A stretch of 64,000 bases of DNA from contig CAVSHR010000003.1 of assembly GCA_963727625.1 (NCBI GenBank), positions 128,001 to 192,000 of the forward strand, given 5' to 3'. The notes beneath the pieces were generated by a model. It was not told the DNA's origin. It did not search any database and saw only the letters and a program-made list of their open reading frames with translations. The translations under genes were made by a program, and so were the position numbers. Below, piece by piece: positions 42,578 to 52,291 of the stretch. This DNA is from an uncultured delta proteobacterium (GTDB taxonomy: Bacteria > Desulfobacterota > Binatia > UBA9968). Every line of letters begins with the position of its first letter. The stretch's first letter is position 1.

Positions 42578-43360
42578 ATGCGAACTCCGGCGTCACGCCA
42601 ATTGTCACCTCCAACACTTAGGCTCGCGATCGTCGCATGTCTAAGCACCGCGACCGCGACGTTTGGCGCCAGTTACGACGAATTGAGGTCGGAGGCGGTT
42701 CAGCGCTGCCAAGCGATCGATCCCGGCGCCTATCAGACTGGCCTGTTTTTCAATTCCGACGGCTATCGTTCCTACTATGTTCGATCGGAGTGTTTTCAAA
42801 GAATTGCAGTGGAGTTTCGCGACGAGACGCTTTGTGCCGAAGTCAAGCAGCGATATTCGCTGTTTTCGTCCAGCTGGGGTTATTCGCTCGCGCAATGCCA
42901 CAAGCTGGTCCACGGAGGCATTGCTGTGGATGAAAATACTTTGACGGAGATCAAGCAGCGCTATCGCCAGGGAGCGGTGCGACTGCGCGATTTTCGCCTC
43001 GAACGAAACGGCAACGGCCGCGACTTCGACATCATTCCATCGTTCACCGGCGCATTCGGTCATGGCTACAATCTGCGCTTTGAGCTTTTTCCAACCGCAG
43101 CCGCTAACCCCCCCGTGCTCTTACATACCTCTGGTTATTATGTAGACGGCAACAGCAACCTGCGCATTTTTGTCAGACAAGAGGAGATCCGCCAACCCTT
43201 TCCCGACCTTGTCCTGGGGCGGCCCTATACGGTGCGCGCGACTTTGACGCTTAATATTGGCAACGGCGGTCAAGCCGGGAAGTGGAGCGATGCATTCATC
43301 GAACGTATCTTCCCGGCGCGAGAGCGCAGCCAATCTTTGGACAGAGAAGTTAAGTTCTGA
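42578..43360 (+). CDS. Secreted Cys-containing hypothetical protein
   Basis: Signal-like N-terminus; four Cys in the helical N-terminal half; beta-rich C-terminal half. Confidence 0.65.
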   Translation: MRTPASRQLSPPTLRLAIVACLSTATATFGASYDELRSEAVQRCQAIDPGAYQTGLFFNSDGYRSYYVRSECFQRIAVEFRDETLCAEVKQRYSLFSSSWGYSLAQCHKLVHGGIAVDENTLTEIKQRYRQGAVRLRDFRLERNGNGRDFDIIPSFTGAFGHGYNLRFELFPTAAANPPVLLHTSGYYVDGNSNLRIFVRQEEIRQPFPDLVLGRPYTVRATLTLNIGNGGQAGKWSDAFIERIFPARERSQSLDREVKF

Positions 43361-43448
43361 CTGCGAGGGGAAAACCCGTCGGCGAAAAATAGCAGGCCGA
43401 TCGCTGATATAGAAACCGTGATTCACTATTCTCAACAGGTTCTGACCT

Positions 43449-44663
43449 ATGCCATTTCCATTGAGTCGTGACGGCTGGCTGCTTTTCATCACCTGCGGGG
43501 TCCGTTCGTTTGCTTATGGTTTTCTCTCGGTCATTCTAGGGCTGTACCTCGATTCCGCCGGACTTAGCCCCGGCACAATCGGCTGGATATTTACCGCGGC
43601 GCTCGCGGGCGGTGCCGTCATGACGATCCTCGTCACCAGTGTAGCCGACCGCTTCGGGCGCGGAATATTTTTGATCATTGGTGCAATCCTAATGGCTTTG
43701 GCGGGCTGCGTGTTTGCCGTCAGTCACGATCCTATTTTTCTCGCGATCGCTGCGATCTTTGGCACTATAAGCCCTTCCGGCAAAGAAGTCGGTCCATTTC
43801 TTTCCATCGAACAGGCGATTTTGCCGCAGACGACTCCCGCTCAGCACCGTACAGCTATTTTCTCCGCGTATAATCTCGTCGGCTCGTTCGCCGGGGCAAT
43901 CGGCGCGCTAGCGGTCGGGTTACCCACGCTTTTCGCGCTGTCGGCGGCGGCGGGTTATCGACTGCTCATTTGGAGTTATGTCGCGGCGGCACTGATTCTC
44001 GCGATGTTATTCACTTTGCTCTCGAAAGACGTGGAAACTCGGCAGCCGGTCGGCTCTCAACGCCTGCGAATCGGCGTGCACAAGTCGCGCGGCATCGTCG
44101 CTAAATTGGCCGGCCTGTTTGCGCTGGATGCTTTCGCCGGTGGGTTCATCGTACAAAGCATCATCGCTTACTGGTTTTATCTTCGTTTCAAGACAGACTT
44201 GAACGTTTTAGGCGGCATCTTTTTCGGCACGAATATCCTCGCTGCCTTGTCGTTTCTCGCAGCTCCCGCGATCGCGCGCCGGATTGGCTTGCTGAATACG
44301 ATGGTGTTCACTCACCTGCCGTCGAATTTTCTGATTCTTCTGGTGCCGCTGATGCCGAACCTCAAGCTCGCTGTGGTCATGCTGCTGCTGCGCAATTCTC
44401 TGTCGCAGCTCGACGTGCCGACGCGCCAATCGTATACGATGGCAGTGGTTGATGCCGATGAACGGGCGGCGTCAGCGGGCATCCTATCGGTTGCCCGTAA
44501 CGCCGGCGCCGCGCTGGCGCCGTTGTTTACCGGGGCAATCCTCGCTCGGCCAACTTGGGGCCTGCCTTTCTTACTCGCGGGAGGGTTGAAGGTTGTTTAT
44601 GACCTATGGATCTTCGTAGTGTTTCGGCGTGTGAAGCCGCCGGAAGAGAACGAACCACGTTGA
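43449..44663 (+). CDS. MFS transporter
   Basis: About 12 TM segments, ADRFGR motif A, LDVPTRQSY. Confidence 0.9.
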   Translation: MPFPLSRDGWLLFITCGVRSFAYGFLSVILGLYLDSAGLSPGTIGWIFTAALAGGAVMTILVTSVADRFGRGIFLIIGAILMALAGCVFAVSHDPIFLAIAAIFGTISPSGKEVGPFLSIEQAILPQTTPAQHRTAIFSAYNLVGSFAGAIGALAVGLPTLFALSAAAGYRLLIWSYVAAALILAMLFTLLSKDVETRQPVGSQRLRIGVHKSRGIVAKLAGLFALDAFAGGFIVQSIIAYWFYLRFKTDLNVLGGIFFGTNILAALSFLAAPAIARRIGLLNTMVFTHLPSNFLILLVPLMPNLKLAVVMLLLRNSLSQLDVPTRQSYTMAVVDADERAASAGILSVARNAGAALAPLFTGAILARPTWGLPFLLAGGLKVVYDLWIFVVFRRVKPPEENEPR

Positions 44664-44691
44664 TCCTGCAAAGCTGTGACACTGAAGCTCT

Positions 44692-45504
44692 TCACGAATC
44701 GCTGTACGAGTATCCGTCCAAGAAAGAAAATCCGCGCATCCGCTGCTTCACCGCATCGATCAACTCCTGATTCCACTCCACGTCCGTGCGAGATTTATGG
44801 GAAGATTTGTAAATAACGCTGGCACAATCACTCAAATAACTTTCGTCAGAGCCCATGCCAAGGGAAGCACACAGCGCCATAAGCGTGCTCTTGGGATTAT
44901 TGATGAGGGATTCATGATAAATATTATGGACGGCGCCGGTCGCTACCTGAGGCTTCAGCGTTTCGACTATCTCGCACATGGAAAAGTATCTGTTGATCGC
45001 ATTCGGCAGAAATTCTCCGCTTCTGATTTTCATGGTGCTGATGTTGTCATAAGGATTTCTGATGACATGAATGAGCTTGAGGTCGACCCCTTTTAGCTTT
45101 TGCCGCAGTGATTTCAGGAGGGATGGGTTCCGACGCAGTCGAGTCAGTCCGGTTGACTCGCCGATGACCCGCGGCTTATCAAACCTGCCTTGCCACTGAT
45201 TAGGGACTTCGTAAGAGTACCGACGCTGTTTCCTACCTGTTCTGGCGACCTGCCGAGAATTTTGCATCAACAAGTAGAAAATTTGTTGTTTACCAAACCC
45301 ATACTTAAGATACCTGAGTGCGCTGGTTTGGCTGGCCACGATCATATTTGGATGGGCATCCAGCAGAAATCCGATGAGAGTGTGGCCGCTGCGTGGATAA
45401 CCAATAAACATAACAAAGGTTTTGATGTCATTAAAAATTCTTGGCTCGTAAACGGTGTGGCAAAGAGAGGTAAAGAACCGATAAGGAATGGTCAGTAAAT
45501 CCAT
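44692..45504 (-). CDS. Sulfotransferase-family protein
   Basis: PAPS-binding GYPRSGHTL, LDAHP, IRNPYD, YESLI. Confidence 0.8.
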   Translation of the reverse strand: MDLLTIPYRFFTSLCHTVYEPRIFNDIKTFVMFIGYPRSGHTLIGFLLDAHPNMIVASQTSALRYLKYGFGKQQIFYLLMQNSRQVARTGRKQRRYSYEVPNQWQGRFDKPRVIGESTGLTRLRRNPSLLKSLRQKLKGVDLKLIHVIRNPYDNISTMKIRSGEFLPNAINRYFSMCEIVETLKPQVATGAVHNIYHESLINNPKSTLMALCASLGMGSDESYLSDCASVIYKSSHKSRTDVEWNQELIDAVKQRMRGFSFLDGYSYSDS

Positions 45505-45708
45505 GGGGTAAAACTCCTAACAATTATGATCCGAAACTGATTAGAACGCGAAGTTGGAGCAATCGGTTTCAGAATTGTATTAACGAGACCGGCTCCAAAC
45601 TCGACGAATTCAATCTTTATTGAAATAGCGGATATTTGGCAAAGGACGCAAGCGCCAGGGTAGAATTGAACGGCACTATCATCAACGAACCAAGGCATTC
45701 ATTCTCCT

Positions 45709-45988
45709 ATGAGCCGTTCTATTCTCGAAGTCCTCACAGTCGCTTTGCGGAGAGGCCCGACTTACTTCGGCGGGCCGATGGCGCACTTGGGATATTTTCG
45801 TGATGAATTGGGAGACCGGCGCAGGCGGCTGGAGGAGCGGAGCCGCGCTGGCGCCATTGTTTGCCGGGGCAATTCTTGCTCGGCCAACTTGGGTGTTGCC
45901 TTTCTTAATGCCGGGAGGCTAAAAATTTATTTTTGACCTGTGGATTTTCACGGTCATTCGCAACGTGTAGCCGCCGGAAGAAATGAAG
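45709..45988 (+). pseudogene. Chimeric remnant: chrA 5' end joined to a decayed MFS 3' end
   Basis: ILEVL...FGGPMAHLGYF resembles the intact ChrA N-terminus; from 45842 another frame reads AALAPLFAGAILARPTWVLPFLMPGG*KFIFDLWIF, matching the C-terminus of MFS 43449-44663. Confidence 0.8.
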
Positions 45989-46015
45989 ATTGCAGGATGG
46001 TAGGCCGCGATCAGA

Positions 46016-46763
46016 TTAATCCGGTGGGCATATAGATTCCGGGATTCTAAACTTGCGCTGATAGGCCCCCGCGATCATTCCAGTGATGCGTTTGAATAAA
46101 CGCCGGAAAAAAGCTGGCTCCTCATAGCCGACTTGCCAGCTGATCTCGTCAACCGGCGCCTCGGTGCGCTCGAGCCGGCGCTTGGCTTCTTCGACGCGCA
46201 AACGTTGCACGTAGGCGATAGGCAAATAGCCGGTAGCCACCTTGAACCGACGTTTGAAGCTCCGTAGGGCAACGCCGGAACGGCGTACGGCTTGCTCGAC
46301 GGGGTTGGCGACGGAAAAATGGCTGCTCTGCCATCGCTGCGTGAGTTGGATTGCGGTGTCCCGATGATCGGTGACCGGTTCGAAGACGACCAAGGGCTAT
46401 AGCCCTTGGTCGTGCGACTGAAAGGCATAAAATTTGGCGATTGCCCTGCGCTGCTGTCGGTCCCGCATACCGGGAGATGAGATAGAGCACCAAATCGTGC
46501 CAAGAGGTCGAAGCGCCCGACATGACGAACTCCTCGTGAGGTCCCGCTGCAACAAGTGTTCGCTCGGGCACTAATCGGACATTCGGAAAGTTCTTGCGAA
46601 AAGTTTGCGCATAAATCCAGTGAATTGTTGCGTCCTTTTCATTCAGTAGTCCGGTCTCCGCGAGCAACGGCACTCCCGAACAAGTGGAACATAACGTCGC
46701 GTCGCGTGCATGCATCGCCGCCCCAATCATCGCTATGATCATAGCCAACAACGGCTTAATCAT
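46016..46763 (-). pseudogene. GlxA-type (DJ-1/PfpI plus AraC) transcriptional regulator, frameshifted and 5'-truncated
   Basis: CSTCSG...ATIHW (DJ-1 part) and QRLRVEEAKRRLE...VGYEEPAFFRRLFKR (AraC HTH) lie in different frames. Confidence 0.8.
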
Positions 46764-46919
46764 CGCGTTCTCACGTACTAGGAACCCCTGACCTGGTAGT
46801 TTGTACGGTGCGCTCGTTTTTGTCGCAGTGACTTTGAATTACAAAAAGTCCAGCGTGGCCTCGACGTAATACAAGGCTTTCCGCGACGTGCCGACAATTT
46901 GTAGACTCTGGCTAGACAA

Positions 46920-47348
46920 TTAGGCGCGCGGATGCCGTTCCGCCAATTCAATCTCGTGGCCGTCCGGGTCGCGGATCCAAGCGCTCAGGCCCATGCCGTC
47001 GGATCTCTGCTTCAGCGGGCGAATGAAAGCGACGTCTTTCTTTTCGAGAATCGCGCAAAGCTTGCGAAGATCGCTCGTGTCAATGCCAATGTGAATGTTT
47101 GCCGGCGTTACCTGAGTTGGTGCTCTCTCACTGATGTCTTGAATCAATTCGAGGAATGGCGTGCTCGCTTCGTCGCCGTAACCGATCAAGCCGACTTCCA
47201 CCTTGCGGGCGTCACTGGCGTGGCGCTCTTTCACTTTCATGCCGAGCAGGCGCTTATAGAACGCAATGGATCGATTGAGATCGGCCACCGGCAACATCGT
47301 GTGGTGGACGCGGAAACCAAGGTCCTTGACCAAACAGTCATTCTTCAT
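46920..47348 (-). CDS. VOC/glyoxalase I (lactoylglutathione lyase-like) protein
   Basis: HTMLPVADLNRSIAFY, LEL, HIGI, RDPDGHEIEL; GGAGG RBS. Confidence 0.88.
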   Translation of the reverse strand: MKNDCLVKDLGFRVHHTMLPVADLNRSIAFYKRLLGMKVKERHASDARKVEVGLIGYGDEASTPFLELIQDISERAPTQVTPANIHIGIDTSDLRKLCAILEKKDVAFIRPLKQRSDGMGLSAWIRDPDGHEIELAERHPRA

Positions 47349-47401
47349 AACACCTCCTCCGTCAGACTTCGACGTGACGCCGCTTTTTTTGGCGTTTCAT
47401 T

Positions 47402-48634
47402 TCAAATACGGGCTACCATCTCCCCCCCCAGAGCGGTCATAACAACGACCAGCCAAGGGGGACATTTCCAAAACATCAAAAGCCCGAAGGCGAGGAGTCC
47501 AAGCCCGAAGTCGGCGGGAGAATAGATCGCGCTGCTCCACACCGGTCTGTAGAGCGCGGTCAGCAGCAAACCAACCACTGCTGCGTTGATACCTTTCAAA
47601 GCAGATTGGAAGACCGGCACCGAACGAAGCAGGTCCCAAAATGGCAAAGCGCCGGCGACCAACAAAAAAGAAGGAAGGAAAATCGCAACCAGAGTTAGAA
47701 ATGCTTCTGGCAAACCGTTCAGCTCCGTGCCCATGACAGCACCGAGGTATGCAGAAAAAGTAAAAAGCGGTCCGGGCACGGCTTGAGTAGCTCCATAGCC
47801 CGCCACGAATTGCTCGTTCGTGACCCAACCCGGACCCACGACCTCGGATTGAAGCAGCGGAAGAACGACATGACCGCCGCCAAAAACGAGTGAGCCGACG
47901 CGAAAAAAACTGTCAAAAACTTCAACCGCATGAACCGCCCATACTTGTCTCAAAAGAGGCAGGCCTAAGAGGAGCGCAAAAAAAATAATCCAGGCGGTCA
48001 ATCCAGTTTTTTTGCCGACAGGAAAACGCATGTGAGAGACCGAAGAAGAAGCCGCACCGGGAAAAATCATTAAACCAATGATGGCGGCGATGGCGATCGA
48101 TGAAAGCTGCCCTATGGCAGTTGGCCATGCGAGCGTGACTATCGAAGCGAGAACTGCAATCGTGGCGCGCTCCCGGTCCGGACAAAGCGAACGGGCCATT
48201 CCCCAGACTGCTTGGGCAACGACGGCAACTGCAACAACTTTAAGCCCGTGTAGCCAACCCGTATCTGCAGCGCTCGCGAACGCGCCGATACCGAAGGCAA
48301 ACACGATCAGCGCAAGCGCCGACGGCATGGTAAAGCCCAGCCATGCGGCAACACCGCCGAGGAGCCGCGCACGGGCAATGCCGATCGCGATGCCAACCTG
48401 GCTGCTGGCTGGCCCAGGCAGAAACTGGCAGAGCGCGACGAGGTCGGCATAACTTTGCTCATCAATCCACTTTCTGCGCTTGACGTACTCTTCGTGAAAA
48501 TAACCGAGATGCGCGATCGGACCGCCGAAGGAGGTCAGTCCGAGGCGGGTCGAAACCCAGAGGACTTCAAGAAGGGAACCGCGGTGGCGACCGAGAGTCA
48601 CTTGATCAGTGACAATTTCAGGTTGCTCACTCAT
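47402..48634 (-). CDS. chrA: Chromate efflux transporter (long-chain CHR)
   Basis: FGGP, CQFLPGPASSQ, FGGGHVVLPLL, AVPGP; two homologous halves. Confidence 0.93.
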   Translation of the reverse strand: MSEQPEIVTDQVTLGRHRGSLLEVLWVSTRLGLTSFGGPIAHLGYFHEEYVKRRKWIDEQSYADLVALCQFLPGPASSQVGIAIGIARARLLGGVAAWLGFTMPSALALIVFAFGIGAFASAADTGWLHGLKVVAVAVVAQAVWGMARSLCPDRERATIAVLASIVTLAWPTAIGQLSSIAIAAIIGLMIFPGAASSSVSHMRFPVGKKTGLTAWIIFFALLLGLPLLRQVWAVHAVEVFDSFFRVGSLVFGGGHVVLPLLQSEVVGPGWVTNEQFVAGYGATQAVPGPLFTFSAYLGAVMGTELNGLPEAFLTLVAIFLPSFLLVAGALPFWDLLRSVPVFQSALKGINAAVVGLLLTALYRPVWSSAIYSPADFGLGLLAFGLLMFWKCPPWLVVVMTALGGEMVARI

Positions 48635-49004
48635 AGTGCTCAGCCACCTCTTCCAATGACCCCTCGGCGATTTTTAAAGCCTTAAGGGCAGTTTCCAAAT
48701 CCTCGCTCGGATGAGTCTTGAGAAACTTGCTTCCCTGATTTTTTATGCCCTTGACGATCTTGTGCCATTGCTTTGCCCGCCGGTGCGCTTTGAGATTTCG
48801 CTTGTGCCGAATCTCTCCGCCGAGTCCGGTATGTTCCAGCGTCTCTTCTACTGTATGTTCAGCGATTTCGAGCGCTAATAAGCCGTGCGCGAGATCTTCG
48901 TATCCTGTTTTTTTATAGATTGCCTTCAGCTGTTTTTGAAGTCGTTTGAATTCCTTTCTCAACGCTGTCATCTGAGTCTTTTGAGCTTGTCCAACTTGAG
49001 CCAT
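48627..49004 (-). CDS. Hypothetical helical protein with an internal duplication
   Basis: AGGAGG RBS; EDLAHGLLALEIAEHTVEETLEH and EDLETALKALKIAEGSLEEVAEH; overlaps the chrA start. Confidence 0.75.
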   Translation of the reverse strand: MAQVGQAQKTQMTALRKEFKRLQKQLKAIYKKTGYEDLAHGLLALEIAEHTVEETLEHTGLGGEIRHKRNLKAHRRAKQWHKIVKGIKNQGSKFLKTHPSEDLETALKALKIAEGSLEEVAEHYE

Positions 49005-49046
49005 TCTTCGAGTTCCTCCTTTGGGTTTGTTGGTTGGTTATTTTAC

Positions 49047-49606
49047 TCACATTTCCCATTTCTGATTGGTTACAGGTGGAGCAGTCGGCTGTGCGATATA
49101 AATGAACCTATAGCCCCTCTCGGTATGGCATCCGTTGCCCGCGCTTAACGTCTCGTCATACGATTTTTGAAACGCTGCTGGACTCCTGTGCTTTATGGCC
49201 TCGGCCAACTGGGCAATCTGAGTCTGAAGGACGGAATCTAATACAATTGAGATTTTGATCCCGTTCTTCTCTGCGTTCAGCGCCTTCGGAGCCTCCATGG
49301 TTTTCCTAAGTTCATCGAGCTCGTATTTTGATAGCTCCCAATTCCTGGCTTTGGACGCGAATCAGTAATTACCCGCGTGCAGTTGAATCGTGGTCATGGA
49401 CTCTCCCAACCGGGCGTGCGATCTTTGGCTGCTGCGAGTTCGGATTGCATCCGCTGGAGGGAATTTTGCAGCGCGACAAATCCGCCGTCGGTAGCCTTGT
49501 CCGAACCGCGGACTGGACTCTCCAAGCTCAGAACTCGGACGAAGAGAACCAAAATAAGAACTGCGTACAAAATTACACCGCCCTTGAGGTAAACCGCAGG
49601 CTTCAC
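49047..49606 (-). pseudogene. Decayed exported helical protein, cytochrome c'-like (C-terminal CxxCH lost)
   Basis: Signal/TM segment, frameshift near PG-LGESMTTIQLHAG, in-frame stop (NY*FASKARNWEL), C-terminal AGNGCH. Confidence 0.65.
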
Positions 49607-49651
49607 ACTTTTTTCCTTTGACCAGGTGCCGCCGGATTTGCCACCGGCAGC

Positions 49652-49990
49652 TCACTCATCCTCCAGCAACTCGCCGAAAAGCTCGCTAACTTTTTGTCTC
49701 GCGGCGAGCAAAGCCTTCCGGCCTAGGGGGGTCGCTTCATACAACCGCCGCAGACTTTTCCCAGACCGCTCGCTGGTCGATCGCAGGTACCCCTTGTGCT
49801 CAAGCCCGTGCAGCAATGGATAAAGAGTGCCCGGGCTAAGTCGGTAACCGTGTCGGCCCAATTCCTCGATGAACCATAGACCGAAGACGGGACGCTTCGA
49901 GGCGTGGTGAAGGATGTGAAGGCGGATCAGTCCTGCATAGAGATCCTGGTCCCGTGCTTCTTGGCTTTGGTTCTTCTTAGCTTTCTGCAT
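49652..49990 (-). CDS. PadR-family transcriptional regulator
   Basis: IRLHILHHA, LSPGTLYPLLHGLE, YEATPLGR. Confidence 0.9.
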   Translation of the reverse strand: MQKAKKNQSQEARDQDLYAGLIRLHILHHASKRPVFGLWFIEELGRHGYRLSPGTLYPLLHGLEHKGYLRSTSERSGKSLRRLYEATPLGRKALLAARQKVSELFGELLEDE

Positions 49991-50359
49991 TTCGTTATCG
50001 AAATCCGATATAGAATGATTTCGATCACCTGTCAATGACGTTGAGCCGGTCCGTCAATAGCAGAGCTCTGTTTGTGTGGTCAGGGCAGTTGACGTCCGAT
50101 ACGCTGCATTCGCCGAACTTAAACGGTGGTTGTTGGATGACTCTTCCGCGCTTTCGATAAACCGGTGCGGTCGCGTGATTGGCGCGCCGGTTACCTCCGC
50201 GCTTCAGCTCAGCCATTCGAGTCCATAAGGTAAAGCAATGGAGGCTTGTCGCTGTTTCTCTTCAAATATGCAACGATACTGTCGTTACGAATAAAGATTT
50301 TAGATTGTTAATTTCGATGTTTCTCCCGGGCTAGCCGCCTGGGGGAAGGAGTAAGAGTA

Positions 50360-51709
50360 ATGTCGGGGTCGGACATCGGTAACGAAGTTCTCGCAATCGG
50401 TTTGTTAATCGTGGCCAATGCTTTCTTTGCGATGTCGGAGTTGGCCGTGATCAGCGCACGAAAGTCCAGGCTGCAAAAGTGGGTGAAGATGGGCAATCGG
50501 CGCGCCAAGGCCGCCCTGGATCTCGCGATCACGCCGAGCAAATTTTTGTCGACCATGCAGATCGGAATCACTTTGGCTGGCATTCTGACCGGCGCCATCG
50601 CCGGACGCAGTCTTGCCGACCGCATGGCGGCTTATCTCGAATCGCTGCCGCTGATCGCGCCCTATCACCGCGAAGTTGGTTTAGTTCTCGTGGTTCTCGT
50701 AACGACCTTCACCGTGTTGGTGCTCGGAGAATTGGTGCCGAAGCGTCTCGCGCTGCGACATCCCGAGATGATCGCAACATTTATTTCACTACCCCTGCGC
50801 TGGTTCACGAAACTTTGCGCACCCCTGCTGCGCTTGCTTAACTTCTCGACCGAGGCGGTCTGCCGGCTATTCGGCAGAACCGCCAACGATGAGCCACCGG
50901 TCACCGAAGAAGAGATCAAGAGGCTGGTGCGCCAGGGTGCCGCGGCCGGAGTCTTCGAAGAAGCGGAGCAGGATATGGTGGAAGCGGTGCTCCGGCTGGG
51001 CGATAAGACGGCGCGCGCGCTTATGACTCCAAGAACTCAAATCGCTTGGCTCGATCTCGAAACTGGCGTCGACAAGATCCGCGAGAAAATTATTTCCAGC
51101 GGCCATTCTTGTTTGCCCGTCGGTAAGGGCAGCCTGGATAAGGTTGCCGGCGTGGTCCACGCCAAGGATTTGCTCGGGCTCCATCTCGGCGGCGGTTCTT
51201 TGAATTTAAAGTCGGTGATTCAAGAACCTTTTTTCGTGCCCAGATCGGTGAGCATTTTAGAGGTGTTGGATGCGTTTAAGCAATCGGGACAGCATGTCGC
51301 GCTGGTGGTCGACGAGTACGGCGGCATCGAAGGTTTGCTGACCCCTCACGACGTTCTTGAAGCGATCGCCGGCGACATTCCTTTCGACGGCAAACCGGCG
51401 GACCCCAAGGCAATACAGCGCCAGGATGGCTCTTGGCTGCTCGACGGCATGTTGTCGATAGAGGAGTTCAAAGAGATTTTTCACGTCGAGAACCTCCCGG
51501 GAGAGAAACGCGACGCCTACCAGACCCTCGGCGGTTTCATCTTTACCCGGATGGAAAGGGTGCCGTCGGTCAGCGAAACTTTTGAATGGAATGGCTTGCG
51601 CTTTGAAATTGTCGACATGGATGGCAAGCGTATCGACAAGGTATGGGTCGGTAATATAGCCCATAGAGTCGAGGATCTCCCGGTTTCATCGTCGGTCGAA
51701 CTAGATTGA
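50360..51709 (+). CDS. CNNM/CBS/CorC (TlyC-like 'hemolysin' family) protein
   Basis: NAFFAMSELAVISARK, GELVPK, MTPR, VVDEYGG, TLGGF, DGKRIDKV. Confidence 0.92.
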   Translation: MSGSDIGNEVLAIGLLIVANAFFAMSELAVISARKSRLQKWVKMGNRRAKAALDLAITPSKFLSTMQIGITLAGILTGAIAGRSLADRMAAYLESLPLIAPYHREVGLVLVVLVTTFTVLVLGELVPKRLALRHPEMIATFISLPLRWFTKLCAPLLRLLNFSTEAVCRLFGRTANDEPPVTEEEIKRLVRQGAAAGVFEEAEQDMVEAVLRLGDKTARALMTPRTQIAWLDLETGVDKIREKIISSGHSCLPVGKGSLDKVAGVVHAKDLLGLHLGGGSLNLKSVIQEPFFVPRSVSILEVLDAFKQSGQHVALVVDEYGGIEGLLTPHDVLEAIAGDIPFDGKPADPKAIQRQDGSWLLDGMLSIEEFKEIFHVENLPGEKRDAYQTLGGFIFTRMERVPSVSETFEWNGLRFEIVDMDGKRIDKVWVGNIAHRVEDLPVSSSVELD

Positions 51710-52291
51710 TGGTACCCGGTCAGCGACGGGGTTGGCATCTCGCATCGTGAGACAGAAGTTTATGGAAACCGATCTTACAGCGCGCTGAGGAGCGTCAAAG
51801 ATCGATTTTCGCTGCCGCGAAAGCGCTTCACAGCCGCTATACGGGGGCGCGGGCGCACGACTGCCTGTCGAAGCGCTGAATTAAAAGCCGTCATTGCTGA
51901 TAAATCCGCTAAGCAGTTTGATTTAAGGCGACGTAAATTGATCAATGCTCGGCATGGAGGAATTTCTTGAATCGCAGTTTTTTATTGTCGGATAAGGGTT
52001 TAAACGCCACCGTTCGCGTTGCCGGCGAAACTGTGCCTGACATCGATCTCAAGATGCAAAATTCGAGCTTGCGGAGTGCGCCGGAATTGAACTTCTACTC
52101 GGCGGCATCGCCATGTCGCACCAGGATGACGAGGCGCTCGGTCACAGCGCAGCGCCGCAGTTTTTCGATAATATATACGAATATTATCCGCATAAACGCC
52201 GATGAACGAAGCGCCCCGAGAGCCTGGACAAATCGGTTTTGGTGAGAATATATTCTATTATAAAAGAAAATCCGAAGAGGAAACCGCCCGA

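Noticed and set aside
49362-49364. In-frame TGA in the cytochrome-like gene as a second selenocysteine
   Set aside because: The context (HAGNY*FA) fits a Trp TGG-to-TGA mutation better than a Cys position, I saw no SECIS-like hairpin, and the gene has other lesions.
51710-52291. Moco riboswitch or small gene upstream of the molybdopterin-binding protein
   Set aside because: I saw no recognisable conserved RNA motif, and the 92-aa ORF has no features.
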